Shown here piece after piece: positions 49,634 through 57,551 of a stretch of 64,000 nt of DNA. Below the pieces are notes generated by a model. It ran no database searches. It saw only the letters and a list, made by a program, of their open reading frames with translations, and was not told the DNA's origin. The DNA lies in IMG/VR virus record IMGVR_UViG_3300036845_000721, positions 32,001-96,000 of that record; one strand, written 5' to 3'. Positions within the stretch are counted from its first letter, which is position 1. Every line of letters begins with the position of its first letter. The translations under genes and the position numbers were made by a program. This DNA comes from a virus.

Positions 49634-50212
49634 TCACGCGACCTTCAGGCCGGCCGCGTTGCGGCTGCGCAGGATCGATCCGATGTACGCGGAGATGTCT
49701 TCCAGCTGCCCGCTGGTCAGCGCGTCCAGCTCACGGTGCAGGACCGCGATGCGCGCGGCATCGGCCGGCTTGACGGTGGTCACGTTGTCCGTGCCGCCGG
49801 CAGGCTTGGCGGCAGGCTTGGCGGCCGGCGCGCGCTTGACGGTTTTGCCGGCCTTCTCGGCATCGGTCTTGACGGTCCGCACACTGGCCTTGACCACTTG
49901 CGCAACCTCGCCGTATTCCATGCCGGCTTCCCTGAACAGCTCCACCAGGAACGTACGCGCGGCGGTATCGGGCTTGAATCCGTCCGAGTGCAGTTCTGCA
50001 CTCACGTACTCTGACCAGGTCTCGTAACCCATGAGGTAGTGAACCTGCTGGGCGTACGCGGTAACGATCATCGCGCCGAGCGTTTCGATCGCGTTGCCGG
50101 CGGTCGTGATCTGCGCATTGATTGCCGCAGTCACGCGCGGACCGTATTCCTCATTGTTCGCGTAGCGGAAGTTGTGCGGGTAGGTCGTGGTCTCACTCAT
50201 GATGACTCCCAT
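49634..50212 (-). CDS. HTH DNA-binding protein, first gene of the leftward array; candidate repressor
   Basis: MGYETWSEYV motif followed by GMEYGEVAQVVKASVRTVKTD HTH; Ala/Lys-rich linker. Confidence 0.7.
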   Translation of the reverse strand: MGVIMSETTTYPHNFRYANNEEYGPRVTAAINAQITTAGNAIETLGAMIVTAYAQQVHYLMGYETWSEYVSAELHSDGFKPDTAARTFLVELFREAGMEYGEVAQVVKASVRTVKTDAEKAGKTVKRAPAAKPAAKPAGGTDNVTTVKPADAARIAVLHRELDALTSGQLEDISAYIGSILRSRNAAGLKVA

Positions 50213-50898
50213 GGTTTGGGGGGTTCCAAGTGCAGATTTGCACTTGGCGCGCGGGCCAGCCGGAGTCTGATTCCGTTGCCTACGTCCATAGGTCGCGCGG
50301 TTACGTTAGGCAATCCGCCATACCGCCGCTAGGCGATACCGATTGCAGCCCGTAGCCTGTATGCGACTGTCGCGTATCCATTGGCTGGCCCAATTGCTTA
50401 GGGGACACGCGCGGCGGTTTGCTAATCCGTCCGCATGCCGTGACCTCATATCGCACTACGCGCGATAGCGGAGGATTTCACCAGGTAACCGATAGGGGAC
50501 GACCGGGTCGTGGCAAAGAGGCATGCGCGCATTCCGCACCCTTGCAATGCTCGCCAGTCACGCTAACGGCTTGGTGTCGTCACTCTGGAGTTTTCAAGTT
50601 GCGGTGCCGGCTGGTGGCCGGCTTGCTCTCACCCTCCGGGCGGAGGGCTTGCCCGTAGCCTAATGGCAATTTGGCAATATGGCAACCTGGTAAGCCGAAA
50701 ACAGGCCTTATTTCATGATCAACATGCCCTCTGACCTGGCATTATAACAGGTTGATAACGGTCTTGAGACTAGGGGCAGAATGTCCGATATGTCCGGTTT
50801 AACGAGTGCAGATCTGCACTCGGAGATGCCTTATCGGAGCCATCCTCCGGTTAAGTTTTCGCTGGTCACAGCATCGCGCTTTTACCAGGTAGCCGGCT

Positions 50899-51044
50899 CC
50901 CACGGTCGGAGGTGGCCCACGGTCGGAGGTGGCCCACGGTCGGAGGTGGCCCACGGTCGGAGGTGGCCCACGGTCGGAGGTGGCCCACGGTCGGAGGTGG
51001 CCCACGGTCGGAGGTGGCCCACGGTCGGAGGTGGCCCACGGTCG
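50899..51044. repeat. 17-bp tandem repeat CCCACGGTCGGAGGTGG, 8 full copies plus 10 bp
   Basis: Units start at 50899, 50916 ... 51018, partial at 51035; non-coding region. Confidence 0.95.
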
Positions 51045-51069
51045 TTAGCATGGCTCACAGCTGCCCGGT

Positions 51070-51148
51070 AACTATCTTCCACGGCATGCACTTGGCATAG
51101 GGTGGCTTACCGTGGGATGGAACTATCTTCCACGGCATGCACTTGGCA
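51070..51148. repeat. 28-bp direct repeat AACTATCTTCCACGGCATGCACTTGGCA, 2 copies
   Basis: 51070-51097 and 51121-51148. Confidence 0.9.
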
Positions 51149-51669
51149 GGTAACTCGTTAGCAGCAGAGCGCAGAAATCGAACACAGATCCGCCACATTT
51201 TTGTTCGATTTTTTGGTGCGCACCTCCCAGGATGCCCGCTTCACGCGATTCTCCCCCCGAACACGATTACCCAAAGGGCGAGGTCATCGAACGATTTGTC
51301 GAAATATGGCTTTGACCTGCAAGGGAATAAAGAAATGCCTGGTGGCGCTATACCTGGTCACGCGTCGCCAATGCCGTGAACTGTCCGGCAGGCAGGCAAC
51401 GGTCGGAGACCATTTTCGAGTAGATGTTCGATAGGGTTGGCTGGAACGACCAGAAACGGCCGGAGACCGCCGCCGGCGCCGCACCCGGAGATAGCTTCCG
51501 CGGAATGGATCCCGCGTGACCGCGAGGGGTGTAAGTATGTTCCGCGGAATGCACGTGGCAGCGGTTCGTGCCCGGATCGTTCACACTCGCAACGACTCTG
51601 TGACCGGGACCCGTGACTGTGACGTCGCTTTTCAGTGTGACTTTGTGATCGTCGCAGGCAGCGGCCCGG

Positions 51670-51748
51670 GTGTGACCGGGGTGTGATTTTGAGGCCCGGA
51701 CCCCGGATCACACCTCGGATCACACTCCCGGTCACACCCCGATCACAC
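51670..51748. repeat. GTGTGA x2 facing TCACAC x4, ~11-12-bp period
   Basis: GTGTGA at 51670, 51681; TCACAC at 51708, 51720, 51732, 51743. Confidence 0.75.
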
Positions 51749-52920
51749 CCCCTGACCTGGGGTTTCCCCGCCGGAACAGAATAGGTGTCATAATGGTTAT
51801 GTGGCAACGAGGCAACCAGCAGGCAAGCGCGAACAGCTGGGCAGCAGGCTGTGTGCTGGGGACGGCTGCCTAGCTCGGGTACCTTACGCAGGCCGGGGAA
51901 GGCCTCGGTACTGCGATGCGTGCCGTCGGGAAAAACTCCGGGAGCAATGGAACCGATCAGGGCGCGATAGATATGCTCGCGGGTACAGGAAACCGAGGCA
52001 GAGTCGCTTGTGCAGCGGCGGCTGCGGGCGCCGGGTTAACTACCGGCCGGAGCGGGGTTCGCGAGAGCAGCCGGTATGTCGGGATTGCCGTAAAAGGGCT
52101 CGTCAGCACGTCTGCGAGCAGTGCGGAGCGCCCTTCGAGGCGTTCGGTAAGCCGCGCCCCGGGAAGTCTCACAAGTTCTGTTCGGATTGCCGTGCTGTTG
52201 CTCGCCGACGGCGAGGAAATAGCCGGTCTTCATCCAAGGTGTCATCGCGGGCCAGGAAGCTGCGGCATACTCTGACCTGGGATTTCGTAACGGATGAGCA
52301 GATCTTCGAGCGTGATGAGGGGGTCTGCCGGGTGCCGGAATGCGACCTGGGGCCGATCCGGTTTAACTTGAAATGCCCGCACCCGCTTAGTCCGACGATC
52401 GATCACATCATCCCGCTGAGCAGAGGCGGAACGGACACCGCACCGAATAAGCGCTCTGCGCACTGGCTCTGCAATGTCCGGCGCGGGAACCGGATGCACC
52501 CAGATGACTTGCAAGTACTCTCTCCCGAGCTGGCCCCGCTAGGGCTGTTGCCTGAGCGGAGGCAGCCAAAGCCGCCGGAGTGGTGCGCGAAATGCGGAAA
52601 ATCCCAGGTCAAGCGTTCAGGAGCTGTTTGCACGAGCTGCGCGTCAGCCACCCGGGCCGAGCGGCAGGACAGGATTCTGGCATGTCGCGGGGCTGGGATG
52701 AAGTGGGCAGATATAGCCGTCCGGTTCGGGCTGAGCAGCGCCGGCGCAGCGTACAACGTCGCATACGGCCTGGGAGTTCACCGCTGTAGGTATTGCGGGT
52801 ACCTGGTACCACCCCGTCATGCCTGCGTCACACCCTCCGTCACACCTGCGTCACACCCCTGGCCTGCGGTTTCCCTGCCGGGAACAGAATCGGTGTCATA
52901 ATGGTTATGTGGCAACGAGG
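51743..52920. mobile_element. HNH gene bracketed by a ~70-bp imperfect direct repeat (29-bp identical core)
   Basis: Repeat copies 51743-51812 and 52851-52920; core GGTGTCATAATGGTTATGTGGCAACGAGG at 51784-51812 and 52892-52920. Confidence 0.65.
51801..52901 (+). CDS. HNH endonuclease with multiple zinc ribbons
   Basis: TIDHIIPLSRGGTDTAPNKRSAHWLCNVRRGN; several CxxC pairs; codon usage less GC3-biased than flanks. Confidence 0.9.
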   Translation: MATRQPAGKREQLGSRLCAGDGCLARVPYAGRGRPRYCDACRREKLREQWNRSGRDRYARGYRKPRQSRLCSGGCGRRVNYRPERGSREQPVCRDCRKRARQHVCEQCGAPFEAFGKPRPGKSHKFCSDCRAVARRRRGNSRSSSKVSSRARKLRHTLTWDFVTDEQIFERDEGVCRVPECDLGPIRFNLKCPHPLSPTIDHIIPLSRGGTDTAPNKRSAHWLCNVRRGNRMHPDDLQVLSPELAPLGLLPERRQPKPPEWCAKCGKSQVKRSGAVCTSCASATRAERQDRILACRGAGMKWADIAVRFGLSSAGAAYNVAYGLGVHRCRYCGYLVPPRHACVTPSVTPASHPWPAVSLPGTESVS

Positions 52921-52943
52921 TAATCGGCAGGGAGGAGAGACCG

Positions 52944-53153
52944 ATGGCGAACAAGGCAGGAGTCAAGGGCGAGCTCGTCGTGGACGAGCGCGGCCGGGCC
53001 AGCCTGGCGAGGGTGCGGTCCCGGAACGACATCACCCGGTACGAGGTGGAGGAGTTCCCGGGCGGGGTCCTGGTGCTCATCCCGATCGTGAGCGTGCGCG
53101 AGTCCGACCTGCCCGCGGACGTGCGCGCCAAGCTGCGCAAGGAAGACCGCTGA
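52944..53153 (+). CDS. small AbrB/MazE-like (swapped-hairpin) DNA-binding protein
   Basis: VVDERGRASL...YEVEE...LVLIP; strong RBS GGAGGAG. Confidence 0.5.
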   Translation: MANKAGVKGELVVDERGRASLARVRSRNDITRYEVEEFPGGVLVLIPIVSVRESDLPADVRAKLRKEDR

Positions 53154-53178
53154 GCTGGGGAAACGCGGGCGTGACAGG

Positions 53179-53469
53179 ATGGTGCCCATGACCCGCATGG
53201 ACGTCACCATCCACGACACCGACAGCACCACGGAGATCGCGCGGAAGCTGAGCGAGGCGCTGAACTGGGCGCACGAGCTCCGCGGCGCGGCCATGGTCTG
53301 GTACCGCGGCGAGCAGGTCGCCATGATCGTGCCGCCGAACGCCGGGCTGGCCTGGGCGCATGCCGAGGAGGCCGCCCGGCTGAGCGATATCGCGACCGCG
53401 GCGTCCGGGATCGCGCCATCCGGGATGCCCGCCCAGTCCCTGCCCAGGCTGCGGCCGGACCGCTTCTGA
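53179..53469 (+). CDS. hypothetical protein, weak Phd/YefM-like segment
   Basis: VWYRGEQVAMIVP resembles the Phd beta-hairpin. Confidence 0.4.
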   Translation: MVPMTRMDVTIHDTDSTTEIARKLSEALNWAHELRGAAMVWYRGEQVAMIVPPNAGLAWAHAEEAARLSDIATAASGIAPSGMPAQSLPRLRPDRF

Positions 53470-53602
53470 GCTGCGCTGCCAGCCGCTGCCGCTCGCCCGC
53501 CGCGCGGCGCTGAGCAGGCACTTCCGGTAATCCGCCGCGGAGCCAGGCCCTGGCCCGTTACGATGGTCCGGCCGGGGATCGCCCGGCGGCTCGGAGGAAA
53601 CC

Positions 53603-53917
53603 GTGACCACCCTCGCAACGGAGGTGCGCCGCGGCATGCACCGGCACAGTGACGAGGCCGTGGCTGCCGTCGTGCTCCATGCGCTCCTGGGACTGCGCAC
53701 TGACCCGGCTGATGACCCGGCCTGGACGGCGGTGCCGCCGGAGGTCCGGGCCGTGCTGACCGAGCGGGTCAGGCAGATCCGGGCCGGCGTGCTGCCGCGT
53801 GAGCAGTACGAGAACATGGCCGGCCCCGGTGACCCCCCGTACAGCGACCTGCCGGTGACCCGGCGCGATGAGGATCAGCTGGAATGGCTGGTGACCCAGG
53901 CGCTGACCGGGGACTGA
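53603..53917 (+). CDS. hypothetical protein
   Basis: GGAGG RBS; coding-like composition. Confidence 0.55.
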   Translation: MTTLATEVRRGMHRHSDEAVAAVVLHALLGLRTDPADDPAWTAVPPEVRAVLTERVRQIRAGVLPREQYENMAGPGDPPYSDLPVTRRDEDQLEWLVTQALTGD

Positions 53918-54105
53918 CCCGGGCCATCGCCGCGCTGCGGGCGGCCGGGTTCCCGGTCACTGACCCGGGTGATGACCCGCCGGATCCCTGCTGCCGGAAC
54001 TGCGGGTGCAGCCTGCCGGTTCACGAGCGCCACGGCGCCAGCCGGTGCGCGAACCGGCGCCGCTGCCGCTGCCCGGGCTGGCGGGCGCCGCGGGAATGAC
54101 CCGGA
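53701..54105 (+). repeat. cluster of TGACCCGG 8-mers, candidate clt (TraB recognition) locus
   Basis: Exact at 53701, 53713, 53856, 53915, 53961, 54097; near matches at 53830, 53892, 53904, 53973. Confidence 0.45.
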
Positions 54106-54255
54106 ACCGGGTCGCGGAATACCGCAGCCGGCGGTGATGTTGGGCACGTCAAGCATTCAGCGTGATACTCTGAGCGTCACGCTACGAAGGCCGGTCCCGC
54201 GGTACCGGAACCGGCCTCCTGAACCGGATCGACCGAGCTAGGCGGTGACCGGCAC

Positions 54256-55269
54256 GTGAAGCAGCATACGATCAACCCCGGCTCCGGCACGAGGGCGCCC
54301 GGCGATATTGCCGTGGCCGTGCTGCTGGCCCTCGGCGCCGTCTTCGAGCGCCGTCCCCGCACCCACCGCGCGTGGATCGCGGCCGTTCCGATCGTCGCCG
54401 TCAACTACGTCGCGTTCCGCGCCCAGCTGCGGTACTGGGAAACCTACCTCAGCCATAGCGACGCCCTGCTGGTGTCCGCCGCGCTCGAATCGATCGCGAT
54501 CTACCTGGCCTGGCAGGCGCACGTCGCCCAGCTCGCCGACGACTCCGCGCTCCGGCTGCGGCTCGCCGCCTACGGCATGGCCGCGGGCATCGGCGCGCTG
54601 AACTACAGCCACTACATGCACCCGGGCTGGCGGCCCACCCCCGCCGCCGTCGTGTTCGGCGGCATGTCCGCTATCTCGCCTTGGCTGTGGTCCATCCACT
54701 CCCGCCGCGAGTCCCGCGACGCGCTGAAGGCGACCGGCCAGATCGATCCGCACGCCGTCCGGCTCGGCGCCACCCGCTGGATCTGGCACCTGTACCGGTG
54801 CTTCCGGGTCATGTGGGCCGCCAGCTGGATCGGCGAGACCCGGCCGGCCGAGGCCATCAAGCTGATCCAGGAGGACCGGATCCTTACCGCCAGCGGGGCT
54901 GGTGATGTTCTTACCGCGGACATCGAGAGCCGTCAGCCGGATCACGGCCCGGTTCGCGAGCCGGTTCCCGGCACCGCCCGCCCGGCGGCGCTTCCCCGGC
55001 CGGCCCGGGCCACGATGCCGGGTCACGGGGGCAAGTCGAACCTGGCGGCGGTCCGGGTCGCTGAGCTGAAGGCGGTCACCGAGCAGGAACTGGCCGTGGC
55101 GCTGGCTGCCGTGCCCGTGCTGCCCAGCGTCCGGTCGCTGGCTGATCACGAGAAGCTGGCCGGGCACGGATCGGAGTCCAGCCGGCGCCGGGCGGCGAGG
55201 CGGGTGCTGGCAGCGGTCAGCGCGCAGCGCAACGGAGGATCCCCTCATGACAGCGTCGACAGGGCCTAG
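54256..55269 (+). CDS. multi-pass membrane protein, DUF2637/Spd-like (actinomycete plasmid spreading type)
   Basis: Four hydrophobic helices, LESIAIYL..., C-terminal putative HTH (PSVRSLA); upstream of TraB. Confidence 0.55.
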   Translation: MKQHTINPGSGTRAPGDIAVAVLLALGAVFERRPRTHRAWIAAVPIVAVNYVAFRAQLRYWETYLSHSDALLVSAALESIAIYLAWQAHVAQLADDSALRLRLAAYGMAAGIGALNYSHYMHPGWRPTPAAVVFGGMSAISPWLWSIHSRRESRDALKATGQIDPHAVRLGATRWIWHLYRCFRVMWAASWIGETRPAEAIKLIQEDRILTASGAGDVLTADIESRQPDHGPVREPVPGTARPAALPRPARATMPGHGGKSNLAAVRVAELKAVTEQELAVALAAVPVLPSVRSLADHEKLAGHGSESSRRRAARRVLAAVSAQRNGGSPHDSVDRA

Positions 55270-57208
55270 CGGTCCCGCCGCCCCGGGCGGCCATGTCCGC
55301 TGGCGGCGCCGGCTGCTGATCGGGCTGGCCGTCGCGACCGGCATCGTCATGTTCGCCCGCACGGCCGGGCTCCGGACGGCGGAGATCACCGGAGGCGGTC
55401 TCGCGGTCGCCGGCCTGGTCGGCCTGTACCTGTGGCGCGGCCCGAAGCTGCACAAGCACCTGCGGGGGCTGCGCGGCGGGGGTCACAGCAGGACCGGCAG
55501 CCTCAACTGGCCCGGCCAGCGCGGCAAGGGACTGCCCAGCATCCGGTCGCCGGGGCACAGGCGCTTGGGCGGTTCCCGGGCGGGTATGCGCGCTGGTAGC
55601 CGGCACCGTCCGGCTATGGCTCCGTTCCGCCGCGCGGGCGGTGCCGGCCCCAGAGCAGGGTCACGCCATCGCAGGGGTCTCGGCAGGGTCTTCGGCTCTG
55701 CCGGTGCGCGGCGCCGTCCCGGCGGCCCGTCGCTGTCCGGCCGCCGGGGCGGCACAGGCCGTGGCCTGACGGGCCGGCGCAGCACTGGCCGTAGTCTGAC
55801 GGGCCGGCGCAGCACTGGTCGTGGCCTGACGGGCCGGCGCAGGCTTGCCGGGAGTTCCGGGACGTCCCGCCGGGGTTCCGGGGCAGCTCGCCGGCGTTCC
55901 GCCAGCCGCTTCTCACCGTCTCGCCGGCGATCCGGGGCTTTCCGCGGGTCTCGCCGGGTTTCCGGTGGTTCCCGCGGAGGATCGCGGGGTTCCGGACGGA
56001 CAAGGCCGGGATCGCGCGGTGCCGGATCACGCCGTCGCAGCCTGTTTCACCCCTTCAGCGGGCGCCGTCGCCCCGTCAGCGGCTCGCGCGGTCGCGGCGG
56101 CGCCCGGCCTGCGGGCCGCCGTATCCGCATTCTCGGGCTGTTCAGCCGCCGTCCGGCTGGCAGCAGCGGGCCGCGGGCGCGCCGGTCTCCCGCCCGGCCG
56201 CCCGGCCGCGTGCGCCGGGCCTGGCAGCGGCTGGGCGCCGCCCGTGCTGCGCGCGGTCCCGGCCCGGCCCGCTACGCGTGGTGGCGGCTGCGCGGAAGCC
56301 CCGGGACGCCCGGCAGCCGCGGCTCCCGGCGCCGCGCGCTGCGCAACCGCCGCAAGGCCTGGCGCCGCCGGCTCAAGGCGAACCCGGCGCTTGCCCGGCG
56401 CCGGCCCTGGTACGCGCCATGGCGCATGCAGCCGGGCGGGAAGCCCGCGCTGCGGCACCGGCTCAGCCGGCGGGTCCGCACCTGGCGCCGGCGGCACCGG
56501 CTGTACGCGCCGCGCAACCGGCAGGGCCGCCGGCTCACCTGGCGGGACCGGATCGCGCGCAGGTGGCACATCTGGCGCGGTCACCCGGGCTCCGGCGCCA
56601 TCCTGCTGGGCGGCCGGCCCCGGCTGAGCCGCCGGGTCGCTGCCCGGGCACGCCGGATCGCCAGCCCGCGGCGCTGGCGCTGGCTGCGCAGGCACCGTCA
56701 GGCTCCGCCCCGGCAGATGCCGGCCTGGACCGGCGCGGCCGGGCAGCGGATCAACCACCACCGCCAGTACCGGTGGCTGCGCGGCGGCACTCCGGTCCGG
56801 CCGCAGCCGCAGCCGCAGCCGCGCCGGCAGCGCGGCGCCCAGCCCGCAGGCAACGGCAGCAGCCGCAGTAACGGGTCCGGTCCCGTCCCGGGAGCCGGCC
56901 AGACACGAGGAGGAGCAATGGACACAGGCGCGATGGCAGAGTCGATCCGGGAGCAGGGCAACCACGAGTTTGTCGACCCGCAGGACGTGCACGACACCCT
57001 GACCGGGATGCACGAGATCGTGGCGGCAATGCACGACGCCCTGCAGGTGATGGCCCAGCACCTGGCCGAGTCCGGCGTGCACCCGGCGTACGCCGAGGCG
57101 ACGGCCGAGGCGGCGAATCAGATGACCGGGATCGCCGACGGCCTGCAGTCCGTCACCCAGGGCGGCGTGATGCAGGGTCCGGGCGGCGGCGGCGGAGGCA
57201 GCGGCTGA
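55247..57208 (+). CDS. membrane-anchored, extremely Arg/Gly-rich protein; in-frame internal start at 56918 gives a 96-aa acidic helical protein
   Basis: Two N-terminal hydrophobic helices; ~500 aa of R/G/S/P; GAGGAGGAGCA-ATG at 56918 in the same frame; 30-bp x3 repeat at 55757-55846. Confidence 0.55.
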   Translation: MTASTGPSGPAAPGGHVRWRRRLLIGLAVATGIVMFARTAGLRTAEITGGGLAVAGLVGLYLWRGPKLHKHLRGLRGGGHSRTGSLNWPGQRGKGLPSIRSPGHRRLGGSRAGMRAGSRHRPAMAPFRRAGGAGPRAGSRHRRGLGRVFGSAGARRRPGGPSLSGRRGGTGRGLTGRRSTGRSLTGRRSTGRGLTGRRRLAGSSGTSRRGSGAARRRSASRFSPSRRRSGAFRGSRRVSGGSRGGSRGSGRTRPGSRGAGSRRRSLFHPFSGRRRPVSGSRGRGGARPAGRRIRILGLFSRRPAGSSGPRARRSPARPPGRVRRAWQRLGAARAARGPGPARYAWWRLRGSPGTPGSRGSRRRALRNRRKAWRRRLKANPALARRRPWYAPWRMQPGGKPALRHRLSRRVRTWRRRHRLYAPRNRQGRRLTWRDRIARRWHIWRGHPGSGAILLGGRPRLSRRVAARARRIASPRRWRWLRRHRQAPPRQMPAWTGAAGQRINHHRQYRWLRGGTPVRPQPQPQPRRQRGAQPAGNGSSRSNGSGPVPGAGQTRGGAMDTGAMAESIREQGNHEFVDPQDVHDTLTGMHEIVAAMHDALQVMAQHLAESGVHPAYAEATAEAANQMTGIADGLQSVTQGGVMQGPGGGGGGSG

Positions 57209-57212
57209 CCGC

Positions 57213-57551
57213 ATGACGGATGCCCGGGACCCGCTGTTCGTCCCGGCCGCCAGGTGCGGTCGCGGGACGATCGACGGCGCCGTCTGGCGGCCCGGTGACC
57301 CGGTCAAGCACCTCGGGCCGCCGGGGCACCTGGGCATCCGCCTGTGGTCGAAGCTGTTCAGCACCCGGTGCGGTCTCGGCCCGCAGCCGGAGCCGGGGTA
57401 CGGCCGGTGGCAGCCGCAGGAGCACGACGGGTTCCGTGAGGATGACGACTACTGGTGCCCGCCCTGCCTGGACCAGGCGGGCATCAGCTACGAGCTATGG
57501 CCTGACGATGAGCCGGAGGGAGGCGGCAGTGAGCAGCGACCAGGACCGTGA
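57213..57551 (+). CDS. hypothetical protein
   Basis: Between the helical protein gene and traB; overlap-coupled. Confidence 0.5.
   Translation: MTDARDPLFVPAARCGRGTIDGAVWRPGDPVKHLGPPGHLGIRLWSKLFSTRCGLGPQPEPGYGRWQPQEHDGFREDDDYWCPPCLDQAGISYELWPDDEPEGGGSEQRPGP

Larger units (their letters stand above)
30522..50821. promoter_or_regulatory. palindrome family B, GAGTGCA-N4-TGCACTC, 12 copies found
   Basis: 30522, 36410, 43559, 45451, 46685, 47437, 48162, 48593, 48991, 49986, 50228 (AAGTGCA/TGCACTT variant), 50804. Confidence 0.9.

Noticed and set aside
50899-51044. CRISPR array
   Set aside because: The 17-bp units abut with no unique spacers and no cas operon is present; the Cas4-like gene at the window start fits a phage recombination exonuclease
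50419-51807. Short ORFs in the divergent control region
   Set aside because: No RBS, atypical composition, and some are merely translations of the tandem repeat
52944-53469. Toxin-antitoxin pair
   Set aside because: Both ORFs only weakly resemble antitoxin-type DNA-binding folds, and no recognisable toxin is adjacent
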